A stretch of DNA of 64,000 nt from an uncultured Christensenellaceae bacterium (GCA_964586785.1 CAZPHS010000002.1:74502-138501), one strand, 5' to 3'; counted from the stretch's first letter, positions 18,948-29,664 are shown. Made by a program: numbers and translations. Notes: generated by a model not told the origin, from the sequence alone.

Positions 18948-20180
18948 TTACTTTTTGCCCTTGTTATAGGCGTACTGAACCGCGCGCTGGTGCTCCGGAC
19001 ATGTTGTTCCTGCCCTGGATGTTCCCGATAAATGCAGCTTGGAATCTTTAAAGTGAATACAGAAATGACCGGGGAACCCGTTATCCTTAATCTTGTAATT
19101 GCCGTGGGGATAGAAATTCATCGAAGCCGCGTAAGTAACCCCGCCTACCGTCACCCATATTGCCCGGCGATTCCACGAATAGCCGCCGCCGTAGTTCTTT
19201 TTTATAATAGCCGTGTCGTTAGCCGTAAGCGGTTCCGTATCGGCATGCAATGTGCCGCCGTAGCGCCTAACCCAAAACTTCCTTCCCGTCCTCACGTCCG
19301 TTACCAGCGCCTTTGTTCCTCTGTCAAATATATTTTTTATGCTGTTCCATGAAGATAGTTTTACGTCTCTTACACCGTAAAGCTCCGCCTGCGAAATTGA
19401 AATCTTTTTATCGCTAAAAATCACTTCCAGCGTTTTAGGACCCGCCTTGCCGTCTTGTTTAAGCCCGGCCTTTTTCTGAAACAGTTTTATGGCGGCTTCC
19501 GTCTGTTCGCCAAAGAAGCCCGTGGCCGACGCCTGTAAAAACCCGCGTTTACGCAGATTCTGCTGCAGGTTTCTAACGGACGCGCCCGACATGCCTTTTT
19601 CCAGCAGAGTAATAGGGGTATCGCCCGAGCTTAATTGCACATAATCCTTATGAACATAGCCCCTGGCCACATTCTGGGGTTCATCATATTCATCGAAGTC
19701 TTCTTCCGACTGTTCCGCATCCGGATCTTCCTCCTCATCGTCGTCCGTCATCAGCTCGGCCTCTATATAATACCAGTCTCCTGAATAATCCTTTATAATA
19801 ACGCCGGTGCCGGCGTCAAGCGTCATAACCACGGAACTGTATGTTCCGGGATTCTGGCGCAGGTTGACCGTTTCTTTTATATTGCCTACCTTGGAATTTG
19901 CGGACGGTAAAAACACAAATTCCTTGCTTATGTAACCGCGGTAGTTGCCGTAAATAATGCGATACCAGCCTTCGGCCTCCTCACAGAAAACACCTATCCT
20001 GTCTCCTTTTTGCAAAGTGGCGATGCTGGGCGAATCGGTGGTCGGGCGTATACGGACGTTTACGTTATCGCCCGTTATTGTAGCGTCCTCAAAATAAGGC
20101 ATGGCATAAGCTTCGGCCGCCGGTATAAAAACCGCGCCCAGAACAGCCAATATTAAGAATAAGGTTACCGTTCTTTTCAT
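18948..20180 (-). CDS. Secreted cell-wall protein: two SH3b-like domains, acidic linker, PG_binding_1 domain, C-terminal putative catalytic domain
   Basis: Signal peptide. SH3b-like VNVRIRPT.../VNLRQNPG.... PG-binding GMSGASVRNLQQNLRKRGF...FGEQTEAAIKLFQKKAGL. The C-terminal PHG-x10-GHFCIHF is reminiscent of a YkuD-type H...C motif (uncertain). Confidence 0.7.
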   Translation of the reverse strand: MKRTVTLFLILAVLGAVFIPAAEAYAMPYFEDATITGDNVNVRIRPTTDSPSIATLQKGDRIGVFCEEAEGWYRIIYGNYRGYISKEFVFLPSANSKVGNIKETVNLRQNPGTYSSVVMTLDAGTGVIIKDYSGDWYYIEAELMTDDDEEEDPDAEQSEEDFDEYDEPQNVARGYVHKDYVQLSSGDTPITLLEKGMSGASVRNLQQNLRKRGFLQASATGFFGEQTEAAIKLFQKKAGLKQDGKAGPKTLEVIFSDKKISISQAELYGVRDVKLSSWNSIKNIFDRGTKALVTDVRTGRKFWVRRYGGTLHADTEPLTANDTAIIKKNYGGGYSWNRRAIWVTVGGVTYAASMNFYPHGNYKIKDNGFPGHFCIHFKDSKLHLSGTSRAGTTCPEHQRAVQYAYNKGKK

Positions 20181-20407
20181 TCGAATTACTCCTGATTCAA
20201 TTTGCCGTAATTATACACCTAATGTAGTCAATTGTCAAAAAGCATACGGTACCGTCCCCTATAACCGGCAATCCCCGCTGTCTTTTCAGGTAACATACGG
20301 CATGGGTATCAGCTTACCGCGTCCGCCAGGCTGATTTTAAACCTATTATAAATCAAACAAATCTTTATGTCAAAAAGATTACGCATTTGTTACAAAAAAA
20401 GTACGGC

Positions 20408-20436
20408 TTGGTGCCCTTGCGCGGGTGTGGTAAAAT
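20408..20436 (+). promoter_or_regulatory. Candidate promoter with extended -10 (TTGGTG, 17-nt spacer, TGgTAAAAT) for yerC-pcrA-ligA
   Basis: TTGGTGcccttgcgcgggtgtggTAAAAT lies 60 nt upstream of the ATG at 20497. Confidence 0.4.
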
Positions 20437-20496
20437 AGAGGCAATACGATGGTTACGCGCGACTGCCCTTGCCGCAGGGATGGAGATGATACAAAT

Positions 20497-20781
20497 ATGT
20501 ATAAGTCAAAACTTAAATCTGATGATCTTGATAAACTGTTCACCGCAATTTTATCTTTAAACTCCAAAGAAGAATGCTATATGTTCTTTGAGGATATCTG
20601 CACAATATCCGAGCTTAAATCTATATCGCAGCGCCTGCGCGTCGCGCAGCTTTTGTCGCAAGGGAGAACCTGTCATGAAATTTCCTCGCTTACAGGCGCA
20701 AGCACCGCGACGATAAGCCGTGTCAACCGCTACCTTAATTACGGCACCGGAGGATACAAATCCGTGCTTGAGAGGCTTTAA
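20497..20781 (+). CDS. YerC/YecD-family TrpR-like DNA-binding protein
   Basis: MYKSKLKSDDLDKLFTAILSL...ECYMFFEDICTISELKSISQRLRVAQLL is the characteristic YerC pattern. The GGAGATGA SD favours the internal ATG. Confidence 0.8.
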   Translation: MYKSKLKSDDLDKLFTAILSLNSKEECYMFFEDICTISELKSISQRLRVAQLLSQGRTCHEISSLTGASTATISRVNRYLNYGTGGYKSVLERL

Positions 20782-20792
20782 GGAGAGGGGCA

Positions 20793-23000
20793 ATGGATTT
20801 TAGCAGCTTAAACGACCGACAGCGCGAAGCGGTTTTATCGAAGGATGCCGCCGTTTTAGTTCTTGCCGGAGCGGGCTCGGGGAAAACCCGCGTCCTTACA
20901 ACCCGCGCCGCTTACCTTATCGAAAACGGCGTTTATCCTTATAACATACTTGCGATTACATTTACCAATAAAGCGGCCGCCGAAATGAAAAACCGCATAG
21001 CCGCCTTGGTGCCCGATTCCAAGGATATGTGGGTTTGTACTTTTCATTCAATGTGCGCCAAAATATTGCGTATTGAGGGCGGCAGGCTCGGTTATACATC
21101 GGCGTTTTCGATATACGACGCCGGCGATTCGCAAAGCATTGTAAAGGATATATTAAAAGAAATAGATGTTTCCCGCGATGCCGCGGAGCCGCGCGCGGTA
21201 CGCGCTTTAATAAGCCGCGCCAAAAACGCCTGCGTAAGCCCCGGCTCGTTTATTGAAACCTACGGCGAAGGAGATACTATTAAATATGCCGCGCGGGTTT
21301 ACTCGCGATATGAGGAGCGTCTGCGCCTGCACAATGCTATGGATTTTGATGATTTGCTTATAAAAACGCTTGATTTGTTCAGCCAATTCCCCGATGTGCT
21401 GTATAAATACCGCAAACGTTTTTTATATATAATGGTGGACGAATATCAGGATACAAACGCCGTGCAATACCATATAGTTAAGCTTCTCGCGAAGGGCGGC
21501 GGAAATATATTTGTAGTGGGCGACGACGATCAATCCATATACGGCTGGCGCGGCGCCGACATTACCAACATTCTTGATTTCGGTAAAGATTTCCCCGGAG
21601 CGCGGATAGTACGGTTGGAGCAAAACTACCGCTCACATCAGCATATACTCGATGCGGCCGACGGCGTTATCAATAATAATATCGGACGTATGGGGAAAAA
21701 GCTTTGGTCTTCCACAAAAACGGGGCAGAAGCCTCTTGAGTTTGCCGCGGAGAGCGATCTCGAGGAGGCGCAGTTCGTCGCGGAAAAGGCGGCAAGCCTT
21801 ATAAGGGAGGGCAAATACGCGGCGGATGATATCGCTGTGCTTTACCGTATGAACAGCCAGTCGCGCGTTATTGAAAATAAGTTAAAGGAACGAAGCCTTC
21901 CCTACAAAATATACGGCGGCCAAAGTTTTTATGAGCGCAAAGAGATAAAAGACTTGCTGGCTTACTTAAACCTTTTATGCAATCCCGCGGCTGATGTTTG
22001 CTTTATGCGGGCAATCGGTGTACCGCGCAGGGGTATAGGCGATGTAACATTGGGAAAACTGTTGGTTGCGGCGCGTTCGCGGCGCGTTTCGCTTATGCAG
22101 GCAAGCCTAGACTCAGATGAAATACTGCCTGAAAAAGCAAAAGGTGCGCTTCGGCGATTTGCCGGTGTGCTGGCGGACATACGCGCAAAAATGAACGAGC
22201 AAACGGTGCTTGATACCATAGAACAGGTTTTTAAAGCTTCTGGGCTTTTGGAGAACATGCAAAGCGACACCACTCCCGACGGCCGAATGCGTCTTTTGAA
22301 TATTGAGGAGTTTTTTAAAAGCGCGGCGGATTTTATACGGGAGACGCCGCCGCCGCACTCTCTTGAAGCGTTTCTCGAGCGCAACGCGCTTATATCCGGC
22401 ACGGACGCGGCCGGCTCGGACGAAGGAAATATAACTCTGACAACGCTGCACGGCGCAAAAGGTCTTGAGTTCCCCATTGTGTTTATTGTCGGGCTTGAGG
22501 AAGGGCTTCTCCCGCATAATCTTAGCCTTATGGACGGCAGCTTAGAGGAAGAGCGCCGGTTATGCTACGTAGGGATGACCCGCACCAAAAAGCGCCTTTA
22601 CCTTACCTGGAGCCGTACAAGATATGTGCGAGCCGCCGGCGGTTTTGAACGGGTACCGAGCAGGCGTTCCCGCTTTTTAGATGAGGTGCCGCATGATTGC
22701 ATAGAAACCGCGGGAGTTAAGCGGCACACCAATCAATACTTGTCACGCGAACCGGCAAGTCAAAGCGCCCATTCCTTTGCACATGGCCAAATAGGTATGC
22801 CCCTTGCGAGCGTTTCCAAAAAAGCGCAGCACGAGCCGTCAGAATTTCGCACCGGAAAAGCCGTGTCTCATCCCAAGTTCGGAAACGGCAGAATAATTTC
22901 CACAAACGGCGAAGGCAATGAAAAGATTGCGGTTGTGCGGTTTGATTCCGAAGGAGAGAAGAAAATGTTTGTGGCTTTCGCGCCGCTTAAACTTATTTAA
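20793..23000 (+). CDS. pcrA: ATP-dependent DNA helicase PcrA (UvrD family)
   Basis: LNDRQREAV, Walker A AGAGSGKT, DEYQDTN, and position upstream of ligA. Confidence 0.9.
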   Translation: MDFSSLNDRQREAVLSKDAAVLVLAGAGSGKTRVLTTRAAYLIENGVYPYNILAITFTNKAAAEMKNRIAALVPDSKDMWVCTFHSMCAKILRIEGGRLGYTSAFSIYDAGDSQSIVKDILKEIDVSRDAAEPRAVRALISRAKNACVSPGSFIETYGEGDTIKYAARVYSRYEERLRLHNAMDFDDLLIKTLDLFSQFPDVLYKYRKRFLYIMVDEYQDTNAVQYHIVKLLAKGGGNIFVVGDDDQSIYGWRGADITNILDFGKDFPGARIVRLEQNYRSHQHILDAADGVINNNIGRMGKKLWSSTKTGQKPLEFAAESDLEEAQFVAEKAASLIREGKYAADDIAVLYRMNSQSRVIENKLKERSLPYKIYGGQSFYERKEIKDLLAYLNLLCNPAADVCFMRAIGVPRRGIGDVTLGKLLVAARSRRVSLMQASLDSDEILPEKAKGALRRFAGVLADIRAKMNEQTVLDTIEQVFKASGLLENMQSDTTPDGRMRLLNIEEFFKSAADFIRETPPPHSLEAFLERNALISGTDAAGSDEGNITLTTLHGAKGLEFPIVFIVGLEEGLLPHNLSLMDGSLEEERRLCYVGMTRTKKRLYLTWSRTRYVRAAGGFERVPSRRSRFLDEVPHDCIETAGVKRHTNQYLSREPASQSAHSFAHGQIGMPLASVSKKAQHEPSEFRTGKAVSHPKFGNGRIISTNGEGNEKIAVVRFDSEGEKKMFVAFAPLKLI

Positions 23001-23009
23001 GGATTAAGA

Positions 23010-24977
23010 ATGGATAAACAGAAAATAGACGCTCTCGTTAAGCGGCTGACGGAATACATGTACCGTTACTATACGCTCGATAACCCAAGCGTCAGCGACG
23101 CCGAGTACGATAAACTTTATGACGAGTTAGTAAGTTTGGAGCAAAAGACGGGTTATGTGCGCCCCGATTCGCCTACGCGGCGGGTAGGCGGAGAAATGCT
23201 GTCCGGCTTTGTCAAGCAGGAGCATCTCTCGCCGCTCTACAGCCTCGATAAGGTGCGGACGGAAGAAGAACTGCTTGCGTGGGAAGCGCGCGCCCGAAAG
23301 TTTTCGGATGAAAAGTTTACTTATATTATTGAATACAAATACGACGGGCTAACCGTAAACCTGCGTTACGACAATGGAATTTTAGTTTCCGCCGCCACAC
23401 GCGGAGACGGAACTATGGGGGAGATAATAACGCCGCAGGTTAAAACCATTAAAAGCGTACCTTTATCCATAGATTACAAGGGGTTGCTTGAAGTAAACGG
23501 CGAGGCGCTTATGCGCTTATCGGTCCTTCGCGAATATAACCTTAAAGCCGAAGAGCCTTTAAAAAATGCGCGTAACGCCGCCGCCGGAGCGCTGCGCAAT
23601 CTAAATCCCGCCGAAACCGCAAAACGAAGCTTGAGCCTGTTTTGCTACGGTATTAATTATAAAGACGGCGAAATGTTTGACACGCACACAAAAATGCTGG
23701 ATTTTCTGCGTGAAAACCGTTTTCCTGTCAGCGAGGATATTAAAACGGCGAATACGGTGCCCGAAATCATGAAAACCGTGCGGGATATAGAGAACAAACG
23801 CTCGTCGCTTGATTATCTTATCGACGGAATAGTTATAAAAGTCGATAGCACAACCGCGCGCGAACGCCTTGGGTTTACTCAAAAATTTCCCCGATGGGCG
23901 GTGGCGTATAAATTTGAGGCGGACGAGAAAACGACAATGCTCCGCGATGTTATATGGCAGGTGGGGCGCACGGGCAAGCTTACCCCGTCCGCCGTCCTTG
24001 AGCCGGTGGATATAGGCGGCGTTACCGTAAGCAAAGCCACGCTTAATAACGCGGGCGATATAGCGCGCAAAAGGCTCAAATTGGGCTGCAGCGTTTTTAT
24101 CAGGCGCTCGGGAGACGTTATACCCGAAGTGCTGGGCATAGCGGAGTGCAAAGACAACGCGAAGGAAATACCTGTTCCCCAACACTGTCCCGCGTGCGGC
24201 TCACGCGTTATAGAAAAGGGAGCGCATTTGTTTTGCAACAACGCCCTTGTCTGCCGCCCTCAGCTTATACGTTCGGTGGTGCATTTCGCGTCGCGCGATG
24301 CAATGAATATAGAAACCTTTTCGGATAAAACCGCGGAAGCTTTTTTTGAGTGTTTGGGGCTTACCGACGTTTCAGATTTATACTACCTTGATTACGATAA
24401 GATACGAAAGCTCGAACGCTTCGGGGAAAAAAAGACGCAGAACTTAAAAGCCGCTGTTGAGGCGAGCAAAACGCGCCCTTTTAGCGCTTTTATATACGCG
24501 CTTGGCATACCCGGTATAGGCGCAAAAACCGCAAAGGATTTGGCGAATAAATATGACAGCGTTGACGCTTTAATGTCGGCGGACACGCAAAGCCTTATGG
24601 GCGTCGACGGCATAGGCGAAACGCTGGCGGACAATATTACCGCCTTTTTTAAAGACGACAGGGCTAAAAGAATAATCGAGCATATGTTGGCGGCGGGCGT
24701 CGCTCCCGTGTTTGACAAAAAACAAAGTGCCCTCACGCCGCTTTCCGGAAAAAGGGTGGTTCTTACGGGCGCGCTTTCCAGGTATACGCGCAAAGAGGCG
24801 ACAGAGCGGATTGAGGCGGCGGGCGGCGAGGTGGTATCCTCCGTAAGCAAAGCGACCGATTTTGTGCTTGCCGGAGAAAACGCGGGCGGCAAGCTTGACA
24901 AAGCCGTCGCTCTTGGCGTTAAGATTATAAGCGAGGAACAGTTTGAATCAATGCTGGAGCAGCCTTTGCCGGAATAA
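23010..24977 (+). CDS. ligA: NAD-dependent DNA ligase
   Basis: Adenylation motif EYKYDGL, four-Cys zinc finger CPACGS...C, C-terminal BRCT, 655 aa. Confidence 0.95.
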   Translation: MDKQKIDALVKRLTEYMYRYYTLDNPSVSDAEYDKLYDELVSLEQKTGYVRPDSPTRRVGGEMLSGFVKQEHLSPLYSLDKVRTEEELLAWEARARKFSDEKFTYIIEYKYDGLTVNLRYDNGILVSAATRGDGTMGEIITPQVKTIKSVPLSIDYKGLLEVNGEALMRLSVLREYNLKAEEPLKNARNAAAGALRNLNPAETAKRSLSLFCYGINYKDGEMFDTHTKMLDFLRENRFPVSEDIKTANTVPEIMKTVRDIENKRSSLDYLIDGIVIKVDSTTARERLGFTQKFPRWAVAYKFEADEKTTMLRDVIWQVGRTGKLTPSAVLEPVDIGGVTVSKATLNNAGDIARKRLKLGCSVFIRRSGDVIPEVLGIAECKDNAKEIPVPQHCPACGSRVIEKGAHLFCNNALVCRPQLIRSVVHFASRDAMNIETFSDKTAEAFFECLGLTDVSDLYYLDYDKIRKLERFGEKKTQNLKAAVEASKTRPFSAFIYALGIPGIGAKTAKDLANKYDSVDALMSADTQSLMGVDGIGETLADNITAFFKDDRAKRIIEHMLAAGVAPVFDKKQSALTPLSGKRVVLTGALSRYTRKEATERIEAAGGEVVSSVSKATDFVLAGENAGGKLDKAVALGVKIISEEQFESMLEQPLPE

Positions 24978-25019
24978 AAAAGAGATGCCGCCACGGCACC
25001 CCTTATTATGCTCTTTGCT

Positions 25020-26303
25020 TTATGCCCAGCCGCGCAATCTTACCGCGTCTGCCACACGGTTTATGGCGATAATGTAGGCGGCGTCCCGCATGTACAGATT
25101 CTTCTCCACGGCAAGCTTGTATACCGCGCTAAAAGCCTTTGTCATGCTGTATTCCAGCTTTTCGAAAACCTCGGCTTTATCCCAAAAATAGTTCATACCG
25201 CATTGCACCTGCTCGAAATAGCTGCAGGTTACGCCGCCGGCATTGGTAAGAAAGTCGGGCAAAAGAGTAATTCCGCGTTCGCGAATCAACGCGTCGCAAT
25301 CGGGTGTGGTAGGACCGTTTGCCGCTTCGCAGATAATTTTCACCTTTGAAGATATATCGGGAAATACCGCCGGAGTAATCTGGTTTTCCAGCGCCGCGGG
25401 AATAAGTATGTCAACATCCTGTTTTAACCATTCGGCTCCCGAAAGCACCTGATACCCGTAAGCCGACGCTTTTTCCTTGTCTATGCCGCCAAACGAATCC
25501 TTTATGCTCACCAGCTGTTCAATGTCGCAGCCCATTTCGTTTTTGAACGTGTATGCCTTTGCGTCCGCCTGGTTCCAGCAGGATACCGCAATAATCTTAC
25601 CGCCCAGCTCCGTATACATTCTGGCCGCATATTCCGCCACGTTCCCAAACCCTTGTATACTGGCTGTGGTAGACTCAATCGGTATGTTCATTTCGCGCAG
25701 CAGGTTCTTCAGAACATAAACGACGCCGTAGCCGGTAGCCTCCGTGCGCCCCAGCGAACCGCCCATGCCAACAGGCTTGCCGGTAATCATATCGGGGCGG
25801 CGTCCTCCGGTAATTGTTTCATATTCATCAAGCATCCAAAGCATATGCTGCCCGTTAGTCATAACGTCCGGCGCGGGCACGTCGCGGTTAGCGCCCAGCT
25901 GCGTGTATATCTGACGGATATATCCGCGGCACAGCCTTTCCTGCTCGGCAAGCGATAAGTTGTGCGGGTCACAAATTACGCCGCCCTTTCCGCCGCCCAG
26001 GGGGATATCAACCACCGCGCATTTCCAAGTCATCCACATGGAAAGCGCGCGCACCGTATCGGCTGTTTCGTGAGGATGAAAACGTATTCCGCCTTTTGCG
26101 GGCCCTCTGGCGTCGTTATGCCTTATTCTAAAGGCCTTGAACACCTTTGTTGAGCCGTCGTCCATTTTAACCGGAATGGAGAAATGCGTTTCCAGCATCG
26201 GTTGACGCAGCAGCTCGCTAACGCCGCTTTCAAGCCCGAGTATATCCGCCACCTTATCAAATTGTTCCTGTGCGCTTTCAAATGGATTATAAACCGCTGC
26301 CAT
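25020..26303 (-). CDS. Glutamate dehydrogenase (Glu/Leu/Phe/Val dehydrogenase family, RocG/GudB size class)
   Basis: PAKGGIRFHP and GGGKGG motifs, Rossmann QGFGNVA, 427 aa. Confidence 0.9.
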   Translation of the reverse strand: MAAVYNPFESAQEQFDKVADILGLESGVSELLRQPMLETHFSIPVKMDDGSTKVFKAFRIRHNDARGPAKGGIRFHPHETADTVRALSMWMTWKCAVVDIPLGGGKGGVICDPHNLSLAEQERLCRGYIRQIYTQLGANRDVPAPDVMTNGQHMLWMLDEYETITGGRRPDMITGKPVGMGGSLGRTEATGYGVVYVLKNLLREMNIPIESTTASIQGFGNVAEYAARMYTELGGKIIAVSCWNQADAKAYTFKNEMGCDIEQLVSIKDSFGGIDKEKASAYGYQVLSGAEWLKQDVDILIPAALENQITPAVFPDISSKVKIICEAANGPTTPDCDALIRERGITLLPDFLTNAGGVTCSYFEQVQCGMNYFWDKAEVFEKLEYSMTKAFSAVYKLAVEKNLYMRDAAYIIAINRVADAVRLRGWA

Positions 26304-26502
26304 GTTGTACCTCGTATTTGTTTATAGATTTTTTAGAAAACTAAACCGCCGAATAATATTTTTATTTGTTATCGGGCGGAATGCGGTTTTTATTATATAC
26401 CTTTTTTGTTGAAAAAACCACTATTTTTTTCGACGTAATTTTTTGCGCCGCCTGTCCGGAAAGCTTTTCTTACCGCCGCGCGGCCGCCGGCAACAATATT
26501 AA

Positions 26503-28161
26503 TTATCTGAAATCCACAAGAATCTCGTTGGTTTCCTTTTCATAGTTTACCTTCCAGTCCGGTTTTTTAATAGAGAACAAAGCGCAAAGGCTTTCGACGT
26601 TCTTTTTAAGTTCGGTATTTGTCGCTTTGTATTCGGCAGTATTCTCTTCCGAGACATATTTTGCGCTCCAAGATAAAAGCTGCTCATACTGGCTTACCGC
26701 CAGATTATACAAATCCCAAATATCGGCGCCGTATTTTCTCCATCCTCCCGGAGGCGCTGTCGGCTCAGGCGTGGGCTCGGGCGTGGGCTCGGTATCCGGT
26801 TCCTCCGGATCGACAGGCGGCGGGGGAGCGGGCGCCGGCTTTTCCGGCCTTAGGGCATCCTCATCCAACGCTGCTTTTACTTTTTTTAAAATAGGTTCCG
26901 TCTTTTCAGTTATAACTCCCGCCTGCATCGATTCCCATAAAAATGACGCCCTTTCAATAGTGAAATCCTCATATTGCTTAACGGTTATACCGTATATTTT
27001 TTTTATAAGAGCAACCCTTTTCTTTTGATTGGTGATTAAAAAGTTCCAGTTAAATATGTTTACGTTTTTATTAGGGTTCCCCTCCATCAAATGCAGTTGT
27101 ATGCTTTCGCTGTCGACATACTGGTAAAAGAAAGCCGCCAGTCCGGCTGTCTGCCCCAAAGTCGTATTTGTATAAAAATTGCCCTCAAACGCGGCGAGCA
27201 TATCGGGTATGTGGAATAAATCGCCGTTTTCTTTTACTTTTTTAAATATCTCAACCAACAGCTTTTTTTGCCTGCCGGTCCTTTTCAAATCGCTGTCTAA
27301 ATGCCGAACACGCAGATAATCAAGCACCGCCTGCCCGTCTAAATGCTGCATTCCCTTAGTGTACGAACGCCCCTGCATTTTATAATTAAACTCTATTTCA
27401 AAATCAATTCCGCCTATGCTGTCGACAAGCTGCTTTACCGCCGCCATATCAACGGCATAATAATATTCCACGGGTATTTTACCGCCGAGCATCCAGGAAG
27501 CGGCTTTGCACACTTTATTAAACCCCGAGTCGGTCGGCCAGCCTCCGCCGCAGTCTATTGAAGCGTTTAATTTATATATTCCTTTTACTCCCGGTATATT
27601 AGCGTAGGTGTCGCGCGGCAGCGAAATAAGATTGACTTCATTTGTCTTTGTATTGATAGCCATAATCATCATTACGTCGGCGTGAAAAGCCTTCTTCCCC
27701 TTCCACGTCTCACGTTCTTCGGCATAATCGACGCCTATAAGCATTACATTGATAATATCCTTTAAAAAATCCATATCCGCCTTTGAAAGAAGCTCCTCGT
27801 ACGGATCCACGGTAGGTTCGGGAGTTTGTATGTCGTCTCCGGTTATGTTCGGCGTTTTATCGGGAGGAGCGGTAACAGGGGGAGAAATTTGATCCGCCGT
27901 CGTCCTCCACTCGCCCAAAGGGTTAAACCATATTGACATAGCGTACGCAAAGATGGTTATAAGCGCCAAACCGACGACAAGCAAAGACGCAAAAAGCGCC
28001 TTTTTCTTTTTGCTCCAAGAACGGCGCTCCCTCTTTTTGCTTACCGTCCCAACGTCGCCGCCCTCAATTCCGTCAGATTCGTCCGGTTCTATTTCTAACA
28101 GCGAAACATCCGGCTGCTCTTTTTTGTTTTTTCCGAACAATGATTTAAACCAATATTTCAT
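26503..28161 (-). CDS. LytR-CpsA-Psr (LCP) family cell-wall polymer transferase with an extended C-terminal domain
   Basis: N-terminal TM helix. LCP core NVMLIGVD...ADVMMIMAINTKT...ISLPRDT...LDYLRVRH. Confidence 0.85.
   Translation of the reverse strand: MKYWFKSLFGKNKKEQPDVSLLEIEPDESDGIEGGDVGTVSKKRERRSWSKKKKALFASLLVVGLALITIFAYAMSIWFNPLGEWRTTADQISPPVTAPPDKTPNITGDDIQTPEPTVDPYEELLSKADMDFLKDIINVMLIGVDYAEERETWKGKKAFHADVMMIMAINTKTNEVNLISLPRDTYANIPGVKGIYKLNASIDCGGGWPTDSGFNKVCKAASWMLGGKIPVEYYYAVDMAAVKQLVDSIGGIDFEIEFNYKMQGRSYTKGMQHLDGQAVLDYLRVRHLDSDLKRTGRQKKLLVEIFKKVKENGDLFHIPDMLAAFEGNFYTNTTLGQTAGLAAFFYQYVDSESIQLHLMEGNPNKNVNIFNWNFLITNQKKRVALIKKIYGITVKQYEDFTIERASFLWESMQAGVITEKTEPILKKVKAALDEDALRPEKPAPAPPPPVDPEEPDTEPTPEPTPEPTAPPGGWRKYGADIWDLYNLAVSQYEQLLSWSAKYVSEENTAEYKATNTELKKNVESLCALFSIKKPDWKVNYEKETNEILVDFR
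26762..26792. repeat. 12-bp tandem repeat encoding the (EPTP)n linker in the LCP protein
   Basis: ggctc(a/g)ggcgtg in about 2.6 copies; it encodes TEPTPEPTPEPT. Confidence 0.7.
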
Positions 28162-28299
28162 ATCGCCGCTCCCATAATACTTAGCTAATTTATACCGGGC
28201 TTGCCTATATTCCCGCTTAACCGCGTCTCTTATTTTTCCTGATTATCCATTTTACCCGATATATATAAAATACTCCATTAAAAAAAAGTATTAACGCAA

Positions 28300-29664
28300 T
28301 TATATCAGTTTTTTTGTTTCTCTGCCAACGCTGCCCGAGCCAAGCGTTACCACTATATCCCCGCCGGAAGCGTTCTTTTCAATATATTCGTTTATTTCTT
28401 CAAATGTAGGTATGTACAGGCATTTTGCGTACCGCCCGATTGTGTCCGCCAAATCGCGCGCGTGTATCTCTCCCCTGTCGATATCTCTTCCCGGATATAT
28501 ATCCGGAACAATAACTATATCGGCATAACCAAAACACGTCGCAAGCTTGTGCCTTAGCGTTTTAGCGCGTGTGAATGAGTTGCATTGAAAAACAGCAATA
28601 AGCTTTTTATGAGGATATCTTGACGCGGCTTCAAGGCACGCCGCAATCTCGCTGGGGTGGTGCGCGTAGTCGTGTATTATCTTAACCCCGTTTTTCTCTC
28701 CCATCAGCTCAAACCGCCGCCCCGCGAGACGGTAGCTTTTCAGCGCCTCTCCGGCACTGGCGGGGTTAACGCCAAACACCTCACTGCACACCGTTATTGC
28801 GGCGAGGGCGTTGGCCATATTGTGCCGCCCCACAACAAATAGCCGCACATTTGCGTCGCCGCGCGGCGAGCATACGGTAAACGAAGCACAGCCGTTTTCA
28901 TCATAAGACTCGTCAACTGCGGTATAGTCCGCATTCGAGAACCCAAAAGTGACCGTTCTGTGCCCGCATTGAGATGCAAGCTTTGCTGCCAGCGGGTCAT
29001 GCGCGTACGCAAAAAGCACCCCGTCCGCGGGAAGAAGGTTTACGTACTCTTTGTACGCGTTATAAATTTCATCAATGTTTTCGTAATAATCCAAATGGTC
29101 ATCGTCAATATTGTTGACAAGCGCGTGCGTAGGCTTAAGCTTTAAAAAGCTGCCGACATATTCGCACGCCTCCGTAAGAAACGCGGGATAATCGCCAACC
29201 GCCACGCCACCGCCGAGAAAATCAACCATGCCGCCTATATGAACCGTCAAGTCGATGCCGCTTTCGCGGAGTATAAGCGCGCACATTGAGGTTATAGTTG
29301 TTTTCCCGTGGCATCCGGCAATACCAACTACCGTTTTAAACTGGCGGCTTATAAGCCCGAGCAGTTCGCTGCGTTCAAGCATGGGAAGCCCGCGCCTTTT
29401 TGCGGCGTCAAACTCGGGGTTTCCCTGTTTTATAGCCGCGGAGTAAACAACAAGCGCCGCATCGCCAAGATTCTCTTCGCTGTGACCTATAACAAAAGGT
29501 ATGCCGCAGCTGGCAAGCTTATTGGTAAAAACAGATTCGCTTATGTCCGAGCCCTTGGGCGAAAAGCCCTGATCCTTCAATATTACGGCAAGACCGCTCA
29601 TGCTGCACCCGCCGATGCCAATAAAATGTATGCTTTTATCTTTGAACTGCCGCAAACAGATCAT
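28300..29664 (-). CDS. murC: UDP-N-acetylmuramate--L-alanine ligase
   Basis: HFIGIGGCSMSGLA N-terminus, GCHGKTTIT P-loop, Mur ligase C-terminal domain. Confidence 0.93.
   Translation of the reverse strand: MICLRQFKDKSIHFIGIGGCSMSGLAVILKDQGFSPKGSDISESVFTNKLASCGIPFVIGHSEENLGDAALVVYSAAIKQGNPEFDAAKRRGLPMLERSELLGLISRQFKTVVGIAGCHGKTTITSMCALILRESGIDLTVHIGGMVDFLGGGVAVGDYPAFLTEACEYVGSFLKLKPTHALVNNIDDDHLDYYENIDEIYNAYKEYVNLLPADGVLFAYAHDPLAAKLASQCGHRTVTFGFSNADYTAVDESYDENGCASFTVCSPRGDANVRLFVVGRHNMANALAAITVCSEVFGVNPASAGEALKSYRLAGRRFELMGEKNGVKIIHDYAHHPSEIAACLEAASRYPHKKLIAVFQCNSFTRAKTLRHKLATCFGYADIVIVPDIYPGRDIDRGEIHARDLADTIGRYAKCLYIPTFEEINEYIEKNASGGDIVVTLGSGSVGRETKKLI

Noticed and set aside
23601-24994. Several 120-200-aa minus-strand ORFs across ligA (23601..24185, 23879..24241, 24392..24994).
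   Set aside because: All are antisense to ligA, which has unambiguous ligase motifs. Their low-complexity translations mark them as shadow ORFs.
24978-25019. A possible terminator between the convergent ligA and glutamate dehydrogenase genes (TGCCG-CCA-CGGCA).
   Set aside because: The stem is only 5 bp with a 3-nt loop, and there is no U-tract on either strand. This is too weak to call.
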